Shown here: in pieces, positions 1-13,495 of the stretch
Position numbering within the stretch: the stretch's first letter is position 1
Layout of the letters: each line of letters begins with the position of its first letter
Assembly (NCBI GenBank): GCA_043228905.1
Contig: JBHGNT010000048.1
Location: 1 to 64,000, forward strand
Source: Azolla caroliniana
Lineage: Eukaryota; Plantae; Polypodiophyta
Reading direction: 5' to 3'
Length of the DNA stretch: 64,000 nucleotides
Notes under the pieces: model-generated
Databases searched by the model: none
What the model saw: the letters and a program-made list of their open reading frames with translations, nothing else
Told to the model about the DNA's origin: nothing
Translations under genes and position numbers: made by a program

Positions 1-334
1 AAGAAGGGAGATCCACACAGAGAGAAGAAGAGAGAGACCCACCAGGAAAGCTCTTCCTTTTGGGTATTATGGAAAGAGAGAGAGAGAGAGAGAAGAAAAG
101 CTCTTGTTTTGAGTGTATTGGGTGTGTGGGTTTGGGGTTGGTTTGTGGGCAATTCGGATGGGCACTCTTGGGTCCACCCACCCATCCGGATCTTCGTGTG
201 GCCGGCACCAGCCATCCCGCCTGCCCGTCTCTCTAGACAAACAACACCTTCCGATTTCGCCTCATGCTCCATGCCCAACCCCCCCCCCCCCCCTCATACT
301 TCGATGGCGACAACAAACTGCATTGTGAATTGTC

Positions 335-826
335 CCATCATACATCTAGTAACAACCCAATGGTCTTTCCACCCTCGTACTCTTGGCAAGGACAATGGTT
401 GTCCTGTTAGATCCAGGGACAACCTGATGGTCCTTTGATCCTCGTACTCTTGGCCAAGACAGTGGTTGTCCTGTTAGATCGGGCGACAACCTGATGGTCT
501 TCCGATCCTCGTACTCTTGGCAAGGACAATGGTTGTCCTGTTAGATCTGATAACAACCCGAAGGTCTTCCAACCCTCGTACCCTTGGTAGGGACAATGGT
601 TGTCCTCTTAGATCCAGTAACAACCTGATGGTCTTCCGATCCTCGTACTCTGGTTGGGGACAATGGTTGTCCTGTTAGATCCGGTAACAACTTGATGGTC
701 TTCCGATCCTCGTCCTCTTGGTAAGGACAATGTTTGTCTTGTTAGATCTGGTATACTCTTTGTAAGGACAATGGTTGTCTTGTTAGGTCTGGTGACAACC
801 TGATGGTCTTCTGACTCTCATACTGT
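335..826. repeat. 67-bp tandem minisatellite (about 7 copies) with an internal palindrome
   Basis: CTCGTAC(T)CTTGG-like motif recurs at about 374, 441, 508, 575, 642 and 709, with a deleted copy and a partial copy near 755-825. Units carry AGGACAA-TGG-TTGTCCT or close variants. No unique spacers. Confidence 0.9.
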
Positions 827-3800
827 CGCTAAGGGCTCTGGGCACAAACCATATTGTCCATTCAATCGTCTAGGTGTAATGCAGGGACAACAGTTCCTAA
901 CGTAGGTCGTGGACATAATCTCAAGCCAATAGTGACAACGTGTCGACCAACATGTCCCTTGATGTGCTTGGTCTAGTTATTTAGTAAGGCCGCATGTGCA
1001 TCTTACAACCTTAAACCTTATAGTGGTGAGGAAGGTGTCCTGATTACATCTATCTATCTATCTATCTATATATTCAATGGTAGGGTGCTACGTATCAACA
1101 TCTCCTTCCTTCCATGTTTACGTGTGGGCTAGAGGTCCTGACCCCTCACTAGTGTATCGTATTTGGCATTATTTTTACTAAGTAGAATCTAGCATCAATT
1201 TTCTTGTGGTATTTCATTTCCATCAATAGATTGTATAATCTTTTTGATCTCACATCAAGAGTTTTTATTGTTTGGTGTACTATGATTCATGAATAGTCAA
1301 GGCTATAGTTTGGAATCCACCTGGAATTCGCTTTTGCATAGTGATATTGGGGTCGTGACTTTAATTGTCGAATTAGTTACATGTATTAGGACGAATACAT
1401 GGAACAACAAAAAAACACAAGGGCAATTCTCGTGAGATCCCAGTCATTGTTAAAGAATCAATAAACATGTATGAGTTAGTGCGCGTGAAACCAAGATATA
1501 AATGATGCATAATAGGTTACTCATTAGGCTTGAGGGTAGTAATTGTCACCTCCATTGAAACTTCCCGTTATCGAAATCTTGAAGGTTGTATAGAACTAAC
1601 ATGAAATTTCTCTTAGATTGGTTTTTGGCTCGTTGTGCAAAATAGAAAAGCTTCATAATACTCCCGAAGAGCCCATTCGTCACATGGATGCTATATACAC
1701 ACAGACACTTTATTGATGCTTGACATTTTTGTTGATTTCCCATTGTGTTTGCTCTTGATTTAAGCCAACTAAAAAGAGCAATACTTTGAGAAATTGAGAC
1801 AAGCACACAAAAAAAACACATGTTTTAGCTCCTAGATTGCATCATAAAATTGATTTAGTGGTGGGGAAGAAGTGATTGTAAAGTCATCTTAATTTTAATA
1901 TTTCCCCATTACACCACGGATTCCTTTCTTTCCATGAATATAATGATTGATTAAGTCGAATATGCATATACACTCGTTAGCATGGCTTCTAGACATGTGT
2001 ATACACTTTTTTTTATGCCCCCCATGTTCGTTAGCGTTGCCTTTTATAAGGCAAAGATGTCGTTATCAACCCTTGGGTTGTGGAAAATAAGATTGTAAAG
2101 CCGTAATTTAAGGAAGAAAGGGTGAGTTAACTATTCGAGTAATTATCTCAAAGTAAAAAAGAAAGGAATGCTTTCACAATGAACACAACATTAGATCTGT
2201 TGTTGCTTTCGAGTTGAACCAATTTGCATAGTATAGAGCACAACCTTTAGATCGGCATTTAGAAATTTATTTTTAAATTATATTTTGTAATGGATCTAAA
2301 AGACCCCATAGCTAATTTGTTTTAATCGAATCAATCGAGCTTGATCCATCTCCAATTGCAAATATGAAGGGAACACTATCTAATTATGCTATGTGCAAAG
2401 TGTTTCTTGATTTTGCATCTGGCTTCCTTTGACTTAAGAGAAGTAATGAGAATGATACCATTAACGTACCATGTGCATATAGATAAAGATAAGATGGATT
2501 GAAGGAAGCACGTCTTAAGGCCACATTGCATCATATAAATGATTTGGTGGTGGGGAAACACAACTTTAAAGTTGTCTTAAATTTTAATATTATATGAGAA
2601 CACCATCGATTCATTGTTCTCAATACATACTATATTCAATGAAGTCGACGGTGTGACTGCCCTAATAAAATTACTATGGTTTATTGTGTGTTTCATCGCG
2701 CTTCTCTTTGTCTTCTTTTGTACCATGCACGCTCCTCTTCGTTGTAGATACTCGTTCTATATGTATATGAGTTCATTATTTTGTAGTAATATATGTATTA
2801 TGCAATGTTCTATAACAATTATATCTATAAACCACAACAGATATACGTTTACAGCTTGTTCTTTACCTTCCTCATCCTTATATCGCTGATAATGGTTGTT
2901 ATCTTGGAAGGTTCTTTTATTGCACCAACCATTTGCAAAGATCCTACACTTTTATGGGAACTCTTCTTGTAGAGGAAAGAAAATAACTCGGTTGTTGAGT
3001 CCGCAACATGATGATATATGTACCCTATGTCGAAGGGGTTGTTTATTTGTTCACAAGCTTTCGTTGCAATCATTATAACAACTCCACTGGAGGGCTCATA
3101 AAGTGTGTCTTCTTTATTATATCATATGAAATAGTATGTTATAAAAAGCAAATAGTATGAACCAAGTTATGAGATTGCATTTTGTCTCGAGTGCACTAGC
3201 GATACCAATTACCTATGTATATTTCACAACATGTGGCATGTTTTTTATTGCGAAGAACTCACAAAGCCATATGCATTTTCAATAAAAACGAACTACCCTG
3301 TGTAATGAAGTCCTCTACCCCGTTCAACACACAAATGCACCTGTTCCAAATGTTTATTTATGGGCAATCCACACACTCAAATGTTCACGAGGGGCAACAC
3401 CTTCCACCCAAAAGCTACTTCACATATTTCGCCTATTGTATTTAATTGCCAGAAAATACCCATCTTATGTATTTCACTTGTTCCAGATGTTTAATTCACG
3501 AACAACTCCCTCAAGAAACAAAATTGCAACCAACAAGGCGAACATTATTTATGGAAATGACAATGCAAAAGTGATTTGTGAGGCAACATGACAAATTACA
3601 ATGGAGAGAGAAGCCTTGATTGCAAGAGGATAAACATTTAAAAATTCAAGAATGGAGTCCAACCACTTTACCAAATGAGAGAATCAACCCACCTCATTTC
3701 TTTCTGATGGGCACCCATTGTTTTTGCCATAAGAAAGAAGGAAACTAGGATTGAGACCATCGTAACATATAGAAGAGAGCACTTTTTTTATGACTAGTCA

Positions 3801-6800
3801 AAGTTACTAGAAATGGTTTCCATAGAGAAAAAGCCGAAAAATGACTACTTTCCTAGGATCCACATAAAACGATATTTAATGATTAAGGCCTTAACTTAGA
3901 TTACTCAATATTTATACAATTCACTTCTAATGAAGCACAATGGACATGGATACAAACAATGACATTGTAAAGTGTGAGGAAATTGAAAGAGGACATTCAT
4001 TTAATCACCGTCTGATTGCCTTTTCGTGTTGACAAGTTATGACACACATATTTCAACTAATGGGAATAAATTAAAGCCAAAACCAGGCTTGTGCATGAAA
4101 TTTTTTGTGTTGCACAATGCTAAAATCAGTGGTGAACATGTGCACCAATTAATAAAGACAACTATGTTTTATGTTTTTTTTTATACAAAAGCTCATTGTG
4201 ATTTGAATTTTCTTTTTAGTTTATACGATGGTACTAGTTAATAATAAAAAGAGAAACACAAAAGCTAGAAGAAAAAAGAAGCAAGAGTCAAGACTTTCAC
4301 CGTGACATTAGAAATGGAAGCGTAACCTTTCTAACTACGGATGTATGATTCAACGATGCAAATATTTTTTTCCTTTAGTGAAAGATAGTAATCCACGTAA
4401 TGCTTTCACTCAATTTAATAACTCGTACATTTCTCTCTGCACTACAACGGATTTCTAGTTTGTTCCTTATGTTCCTCCTCTCCCATCATTCGTGTAAGGA
4501 GTTCTTTCATTTGTTAGATTCACTCTCTTTTTCATCTATGTTCCTGATCCATACGACATGCATGTGAAGCTTTCTTTCAATTCATTGTAAGGAACGGCAC
4601 TTTGTAGCTAGTCTAGGATATTTGACATACCTCAATCACATTGAGTTCTAATTGGAGAATGGAAGATCCCATCAAACTTGCTAGTCCCATACAAATGGTA
4701 TGCACGTTCGGGTACCACGACTTGGTAACACCATAAACAAACATTTTGTCTAAGATTGCTCCCCCTAGAGAACTCATCTACAGATAAATATCTTTGTTGT
4801 CCCATTTAATATCTTGCTTGGGTAGAGCCCCAATACCTTTATGGCATGGGAAAAATATTAAAAAAGAGAGTTTATTTTACTTAGTGCAAATTTGGTTGTT
4901 CAAATATCCATATAATGCTTTTGTTCGTTCAATGATTTGTACATTTCCTTTCTTCCGTTGGGTTTCTAATCCATTCCATTCACATTTTCCTTTGCTAACA
5001 TCCATGTAATGACTTGTTAACTTTATAGGTTTCTCCCTTTTACTAGTCCTTAGGGAAAAACATGTGAGGCTTTGCTCCGTGCTCTTTAACGAGGATACAC
5101 GCCCCTTATATCAAGGTAAATATCAATTTGACCCTCGGTAAGATCAGAATGATCAATTTTGCCCCACTAAATGAAAGCGTAATAGAATTTAGTGATTATA
5201 CATTACTTGATTTAGTGGGGTAAAATGGTGCATAATATCCTTAATATGACATATGTTTCTTATATTTATTTCTAGATATGCAAGCCAACATGGTTTTAAT
5301 CATTTCTCTCGAGTCAATTGTTGCAAGACTCATTGTGGGGGTATATTTTGGTCCCAAGAAAGGCTTGTTTACAAGAAATTTATCGCTAGGACCTGTAGAG
5401 AAAATGGCAACTACATAAATATGGCACGAATAATCGAGATGTAGAATTCTAGGTTAGAGAAAGCAACAATTGCATAAACATGGCACAAAGAATCGAGACA
5501 AACAACTATTAGAATTTCATTGCAAATATATTTTTTAATGAAAGTGTGCAATGAAGTAAAGACTTTGCAAAGGACATGGAATAAGCCATACAATTTGGAT
5601 GACTCAACAATAAAAGGGCATATTGTAGAAAGATAATCATGTCATCGTCCTTTGGAGAAGAAACGAAGTAATAAAGAATACCCCGTTTCATTGACGTCCC
5701 ATGATTCGAACATCAAATTTGAATATGCAAAATCCTTTATCTTCTTTTACATTTGAAGGATAATTTAGTCTTTGAAAATTTTATACCAAATCGTGTAGAA
5801 ACTGTAGCTGAAATTTGTTCTCACTTTCTTCAATCAAATGAGGGGAAACATATCTAAACAACGACATTTTGAAGTTGTTTCACCTAACTTTGCCTAAGAT
5901 TTCTAGGTGTACATTTGCTAAAGTAGATGAAGAAAATAGTTGTCATTGGTCAATATGACATTGTTCTACACACAAAAAAAGGGTGGAAGTCATTTATACT
6001 TCCAATAAAAAGGGATAAAAGTGGCGATGTTTTCATTGTGAGAATCTAGAACTTAATAAAAAATTAGCATGTGATACATCTAGATATGCAATATTATATG
6101 TTAAAGAGGCCATTTTAACATTATGATCAATATTTCAAAGCCATATTGTTCATCGGCATGTGAAATCATGTTGAATGTGTTGCAACATCCTAATGGGAAA
6201 TACTGTAGAGAATGGTAAGTTAAGCACTTGTGACAATACATAACCAAGCTCTACAAAAGTAAGTACATGAAAGTTGATGAGAACGCTTTTGCACCCCCAA
6301 TAAGATACTAGAACATAGGGATAAAGTGGCGGCTTGCAAAACATAGATAAACATTAAAATGTTTGACAATAGAGAAGGCAAAACATACACATGAAAATTG
6401 TTTTATAGCTCCGAAATTCTTGTAGAGACAATTACGACCATACAAACTAAATGTGCATGATTGTTACGACCATTCCTATATATAGGGATACAAGTCATTC
6501 TAATTTGTAATATATACATATACAATAAATTATATAATGTTACAATTACGAAGTGAAGAAGAAAATAACCACTTAGGCAGTATTGGTGAAAGGACATAAA
6601 TTTGCAATCATAAGTTCGCATGTCAAGGAGTTCTCTCACATTAGGCAGGGGAAGAAGCACAGTCCTTCAAATTTACTTGTTTTTGAAGTAAGGTTGAAAG
6701 AAAACTCAGTTTTCCGTAGGGAAAACACACCGCATTGAGTTGTTAGTGCTCATTTATTTATGAGAAGAGAGAAGATACAAGAAGAATATACTGTTTTCAA

Positions 6801-9800
6801 TCAATGTGTGTAAAATACTATGGTGCAAGGAAATAACTTTGCAATCTCGAAAGAGTAAACAAAAACAAAAGCAATTCACCAATGTGGTGCAACCCAATGT
6901 TATTGTAAATAAAACAACAAAGAATGAAATAAAATCATAGATGTATGGACTAAAAAGAAAAAAGCAAAAAGAACATCTCTATAATTGAGAAGCCGTGGAC
7001 GATGATTTGCGAAATGTGTAGACACTTAAAAAGGGCGATTTCCACAATGTTTGTTCTCTTTTTCTTTTGTTTGAAGAAGCGAAAATACAAAAACTTAGAC
7101 GATAGGCAATCGTAAACACCAAGTACTTCCACAATTGATAATGCGTCCAAGGAAAATAGTACATGGAAATGCTGAATGAAAACGATTATTGATTAGGAGA
7201 TTGAAAGACATACCATTCGCTCGTGTGATAAGTCAACAAGTCAATCATTTGCATCTTGTGTATAAACTATTGATAACCATCCCCCCATTTAAAAAAAATT
7301 AAAATAAACGTCGAGTTGTCAACAAAATTGAAAAATGTTACAACTTACAACAATGTATAGCCCAACTGTGGATAGTAAAATTGTGCGAGAGTTTGTATGA
7401 CCCACTCAAAGTGACAAAAGGGATTCATGAAGCATTAAAATACACAATACAGGGATAAGTTTATATGGGGTTGTTAAAGGAATATTTAGACTACAAAATT
7501 TGCACTATTAAAAGAAATAAAGAAGGCTCCCATTTGTTTAATATTGCATAATTGATTCGTTTTACCGACACATATCCTAGAATTTATGTCCTTAGTTGGC
7601 TTCATTTTAAAAGGAAATTTATTTCAATGATGTTTTGTCTTTGTGGTGGTGGTGGTGGTGATGGTGGTGGGGGCTATCTCATCCACAATAATATATTGTC
7701 TTTTAGATCGTTGAGACTTTACTGAGGAGTTTGAATTCTTACAATTGCTTGTACATTTCACTAAGGAGTTTTAATCTTCAAAATCACACAGATGTCATCA
7801 ATGACTTCTATTCCATCTATCTGAATGAATCTCCACCCAACAACGTTCTTATAGTTTCACTATTTGATGTTTTGTTTTGTTGTGCATCGTTCCTTAATGT
7901 TTCTCTATTTTCGTATTCATCGGTGCTTGAATATGCTCATGTCATTTAGCACACCCAAATGAAAATATATATGGAAGGAAGTTGTATACATGACAATGAT
8001 TGTCTAATTGTGGCTAATTATAAGAAAACATTTCAAAGTCGGTTAATGTGTTAGTGCTATATTTTTAGTGACATTGTAGTCACACGAATTCTACGTGGTA
8101 GTCAAAGCATCTGCATTTTGGCTATTTTTCCACACCAATAATTTGCATTGTTTCTTGTAACTTAAAAGCCAATATAACAAAACCCACTTCCCTAAGTATT
8201 ATTTTTCAAAGAGAGTAAAATGAGCATTTAAAAGAGTTATTAAACCCATACCGTTTGATTTGTGGTGTCACAAACTTAATTTCACCCTTAATAATGTTTA
8301 ACGGGATTCGAGTCCCAAACACCACCATGATCGTCTTCTACAAACTTGGGAGAAAGTTAATACTTAAAAGTTTTCTTTAGTTTGCCTTTTTGTACTTTGA
8401 TTGCCCAATTAAAGAACTATTAAGGTACAGAAGAAGAAATGGTCAATGGACAACTAGATCCATGGACAATGTTTATTTCATTGACTTTAATTTAGTTGGG
8501 ACAAGTACTGATCCACATGACATAACGTGGTGTTTAACACACGACTCCCTTGAAATTTAACACATGCATATGAAGAGGAGAAAGAAAAGGGAGACCATAA
8601 TAAAGCTTATTCCATTCATATACAAAGTGTGCTTCTATGCACAACAATAATCTCTAGACTTCGATTGTTTTTTTCTATTTTAGGCTTGGTTTAGTAGGAG
8701 CAATGCTTATAGAGGAGTGGCAAGGCTCAGTTTTATCCACTCAACACATGATGCCAACTTGTTACTATAATTGTATGATTTCCCTACAAATTCACGAGAA
8801 CAACATTACACATTAATGGTAGAGTTTTATTTTGACTTGGAAACACAACTCTTTTGGGAGACACATTAAGTGTGTCATGCCTGTAACTCATTTACATAGG
8901 ACAAATTGTATTTTCTTAGGTTGGTTTTAGATCACTTAGTAGGCATAGGGGGATTTCATGGTTTTTGCAAACTTTTTTGAAGATGAAGAATTTAGCAAGC
9001 TCCATTGTCATGGAAGATCCAAAAGAGAAGTAGAGGTGATATTGCCATGATTGGGATTATGATTGAGAACTTACTCAATGTACATGCATATGCAAACATG
9101 AACATATATATATATATATATATATAGTCATGACTCATAAGCATAGCCAATTTGCATGTTTAGATTGTATGGTTAAACATCTACAAATAAAGACACATTT
9201 GATGTTTTGATCAAGTGGGAAACATCATTCTGGTAAAGATTCTGTTTGATTGATGTTAATGATTTACAAAAAAAGTTCTTATGTTAGAGGGCACAATGCA
9301 ATTAGCCCACCTCATATACGATTTACCATCATGAAAAATACTTTCACATGTATGGGGTTGATGTTACAAATTTGCATGTGACATCATGTCTTATGCGACC
9401 TTTTTGGGTTGCATTTCAATTGTTGAAAGACATCAACATATATGCAGTTTTATAAAACGTTTTGCGGTGCTCTATTTAATTTGATGTACGACCTACCAAG
9501 AAAACTAGTCCACATACCTTCAAGTGAGTTCAAAGGACTTGACCAACCCCTCATGAAAACATAGTAAGCACCATTATTTCTCATAACTCATGTTAGCAAT
9601 TCTCACTTTTGGTACATCAAGGTGTTGTCACCAGCAAACCTTTTCAATTGTCAAAATGTTCCAGTGATGATTTTTGGCCACCACATTGGTTCTCCTCCAC
9701 AAGCAAGTAAGCAAGCAACTTCCGTTGTATAATCCATGGTCATTCATCAAGAAAGCCTAGAGTTTGTTGGGGGTAAACGTAATGAAGCCAAAAGAGCCTT

Positions 9801-10249
9801 TGAAAGACCTTTTGGAGTGGTTTGACGATTTTTTTAAAGAAGACTTCTATGGGAAGCTTGTGGAAAGGGGGGGTATAAAATCAACCAATGAACAAATCGC
9901 AATTACAATAATGGTTAATTAGAGCGAGTTGAAATTGGGAAGGTGTTGTATTAGTATTAACAAATTAGTCATCACAATGTAAATCCAAAGCCAATAAGAC
10001 ACAACCTTGACTAGAACATGTGCCTAATTCAACTTGAGGCAACTCTTCTTAGGGCCTAATGTACATCTTGTTATAGGTAATATGTAGATGTTGTACAAGG
10101 TCTTGCTAAGGCTGCTAATCCCATTCTCCTTGATTATCTCAAGATGTTTAACACAAGTCTCTTGTTAATGGACTTTGCCAATTATTTTCTATAGAAAGTA
10201 TTATGTGGAAGTTCTACAAAGTCTTGCTAAAGACAATAATCCCATTCTC

Positions 10250-11600
10250 CATCACTATCTTCTGAAGGATGTTCAACATAGTCTTAGTAATGAATCCTCT
10301 GAATTCATTTGCTCGTGAGTTATTAATACATGGTGCTTTTCTTATGGATGACCATGTAATGCTTCATCAACTCCTTGATTTCATGGTTTGGAAAGTGCCC
10401 TCCTAGGTTACTCCAACAAACATTCAAATCAATGGCATAAGAACATTGCTATTGATGGTTTTGCATTGTTTGATACATCTATCACACTCTCCATACAATG
10501 ATTAGTTGCTACAAGTACTTATCAAATTCAAGTGCATGCTATTGGCCAATTAAATGCCCTCATGAAATCCAAGTGCCATTTCTAAAATTGATGGTGGCAA
10601 AATTAGTACATGTGCCATCCATGATCTTTTGTTGATTGACTTGTTGCATCTCTTGCTATGGAAATGTACATTCTTTTTTATAGTGTGCAACTTTTCCATA
10701 TTGTCTAAGGGCACTTCATTGTTGTGTCTACATGTTACACCTTTGTATGCCTCATTGAGAACCTTTTGTTTCTCCTGTTGAAAAACTCCTCTATATCAAA
10801 TACCATATGCAACTCTATTGTAGAGTAACTTATCTAGTATGCAAAATTTCCTATTGTATACTACCCCTCTTTAGCTCATTGCTTGTGTAGGCTCTTCTAG
10901 TAGATTTCAATTCTTAAATTTTTTGAGTATGTGGCCTACGATATCTTCTTTAGTAGTTTGGATAATTATAGAAGGCAAGATGTAAGTGTGTATTTCAGAA
11001 TGTCAAACCGAATGCGGTTGAGCTAGTCAAGGAGATATGGTTGATGCTCCTGCATACTCTAAGAGGTCAATATGGGGCAATACATGGTGAACATGATGTG
11101 TTTCGCAAGCAACAACAATTTCGAGAAATTTGGAACAAGGAAGAGGTCTTCACCTGTTTTGGGGATAGAATAAAATGGAGATATGCTCCACCAAGATGGT
11201 TGTTTCTGCTCCCTGTCTTGAAAGGACCATGCATGAGGGTTTCCGCTACTAGACATGTTGATTCATGTGGGTTGGAGGATTGCAATTTATTGTATGGATT
11301 CTTTGTAGCATTTGGGCATCTTTTCATTAATACCACGGTGAATCTTGACTTTAAAAAAAATTAAAAAAAATTAGTATGATTTGTAAACACTTTGAGCACA
11401 TGCTGACAAATTTTCTTGGCTCATCCTATCAATTTGGGGCATCATGTGCATACCTCTTACATCACTTCGATTTGTGTTTCCTTTCATCCGCACCTTATCG
11501 AATTCATTTATTCCCCAAACTTCGCTCTTCATCACTTTATTTGTAATTTTTTCTTGATCATGTCCAAATTTTTTATTGATTTCTTAACTAGATTCAAATA
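10250..11600 (-). mobile_element. Heavily decayed Ty1/Copia integrase/RT remnant
   Basis: Minus-strand traces resembling IRSDxGG (about 11460), NGVxER (about 11330) and SILENGTW (about 10580), broken by many stops and frameshifts. Confidence 0.35.
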
Positions 11601-12654
11601 ATTGATTGAAGTAATGTTCTACATGGTTAACCAATTTAGTGTTGATAATTTTGGAGATGGTTAATAGTTCTCATCTTGTTATGTCTCCCTTGGGACTCAT
11701 ATCCTCCCAATGTTGTCTTAACCGTGACTCCTCCACTTGACTCCTCTCAAGTCTTGTGTCTTATACTCTCTCCTCTTGCAATTGATTATCTATGCTTTCT
11801 ACATCCCAAGGACATGCATTAGGTCCTTCTACAAGTTTTTTGGTAGCTTATTGTGGTTGCAAAAAAACAAAATGTGTATCGTTATATACATTTTGAGGGG
11901 CATAACATTACAAATACAATGGTTTCCTCATTCTTAAAGAAGATTTCAAATTTTGAGATTCTAGAGAAGACATGTCCATTCATATTCAATCCTTACTCTT
12001 ATCTTTTCATATCCTATCCTATGATGTCCTAATACGCAAACACTCTCTATATAGTCTATTTGCACTCTGATATACTCTACAAGAGCTTAGAGCATCTCAA
12101 TTTCATTTACTCAATACCATTACCGAAGTGTTGCAAGATGCTAAGATTGTTGCAAATATAAGGGGTATTTTTGAAAGGTTATTCTTACTTGCAGGCATCC
12201 TAGTGTTTGGCATCCCTTGATTCGGATATAACATCTCCGGTGTCACTTTTTGATGCTCATGAAATTAAATTGACATTGTGTTATGGAGAAGGTATGAAAT
12301 GCACGTCAAGGTAATGTTGGAAAAAGAAGTTTTTGTAATAATATAACTCATATGAGCTCATTGGCAAAAGAACACCAAAATTAAGGAATGGGATCACACT
12401 AATTTTCCTCCTAATAATTTTAAACAAAATCTTGGACACAAAGAGTTCATTGATTGCATCTCTCTTCATGATTGATTGATTTTGTATGAGTAAAAATGGA
12501 TCTTTCATGAAAATGGTATGATTGGGAGAATTCATGGTTATATGTGGAACGTACAAGGGATGGTCAAGAATGGGCCATACATTGGTTTTAGGACCAAATA
12601 GCAACATTTTAAAAACTTGCTACTATGGGTCAAAGCTCACCAACATGGAAAACA

Positions 12655-13024
12655 TGTCACGGACACACCAACTACGAACTCGGACAGAGCACAGATGATT
12701 GGGGTACGAGTGTGGAACTTAAGAAGCTAGGAATGACATGAGCGTAAAGACAGAGATGAAGAAGGAGACAAGATGGAATGAAACAAGAATACTAGATTGA
12801 TGTGTCAATGCATGATGTTGAATCCCTTGAAAGGGACCAAGGAGGTTACAAGTATTTATACTGTGAGCTAAAGTACATGCATTAGAATATTTTGGAGAGT
12901 ATTTCTAGATGAAGTACATTATATATAAATAAATGCTCATAATGGTTGAGCATGATATCTTGTTGAGTGAGATTGCAAGTTCAGTCCTCACCAATTATGT
13001 ATTTTATGTCACTATGTCGTGACA
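12655..13024 (-). mobile_element. Solo LTR (370 bp) with perfect 5-bp TSD
   Basis: Termini TGTCACG...CGTGACA; AAACA on both sides (12650-12654, 13025-13029). A degenerate tRNA-like segment lies at about 12933-12995. Orientation inferred by analogy with the LTR at 63525-63978. Confidence 0.85.
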
Positions 13025-13182
13025 AAACATCTCACCTCCCTAATTAAGGAGCTACACAACACTTGTTTGTATACCCTTGACACAAATCCAAATGCATCGT
13101 TGTTGACATGGGTAAGTGTGTAGTAGGATCATGTCGCATGAGAGTGCAGTAGATATACTTATTGAGGTAGTTGATAACTTTG

Positions 13183-13495
13183 TAGGAGTTGGCAACGGCT
13201 CGGTTCAAGCCTAAATCAAGCCGTTAAACCATTTTTAAACGGTTTGGCAAGTTGGACCGAGCTTGAGCTTCATAAACCGGTTTGAGCTCGGTTTGGCAAA
13301 GCTCAAGCCGAGCCAAACCAGACATATCCACATCGGTTAAGGCTCAACCAGTTTGACCATACACATTAAGTCAAAATTGGTTTAGGAACTAGTTTGCTTC
13401 AAGTTTGAAAACTTCCAAACTGGTTAAGGCTTGACTGGTTTAGTTTGGACAAGGCCAAACCAGTTAAGCTGAAACCGAACTATTGCCAATTCCTA
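13183..13495. mobile_element. MITE-like non-autonomous DNA transposon (hAT-like, AAACCG/CGGTTT-rich)
   Basis: Imperfect TIRs TAGGAGTTGGCAACGGCTCGGTT / AACCGAACTATTGCCAATTCCTA, with internal AAACCG/GGTTT repeats. No clean TSD. Confidence 0.65.

Noticed and set aside
335-826. CRISPR-like array (regular palindromic repeats)
   Set aside because: The whole 67-bp unit is repeated with no unique spacers, there are no cas genes, and the context is eukaryotic.
8300-8330. B-box-like GGATTCGAGTCCC
   Set aside because: No A-box or cloverleaf nearby.
1100-9100. Possible genes or transposase remnants in the AT-rich region, including a shared segment at about 1835-1960 and 2525-2650
   Set aside because: Only short ORFs with no motif I can recognise; probably ancient repeats. 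A RepeatMasker or BLASTX run is needed.
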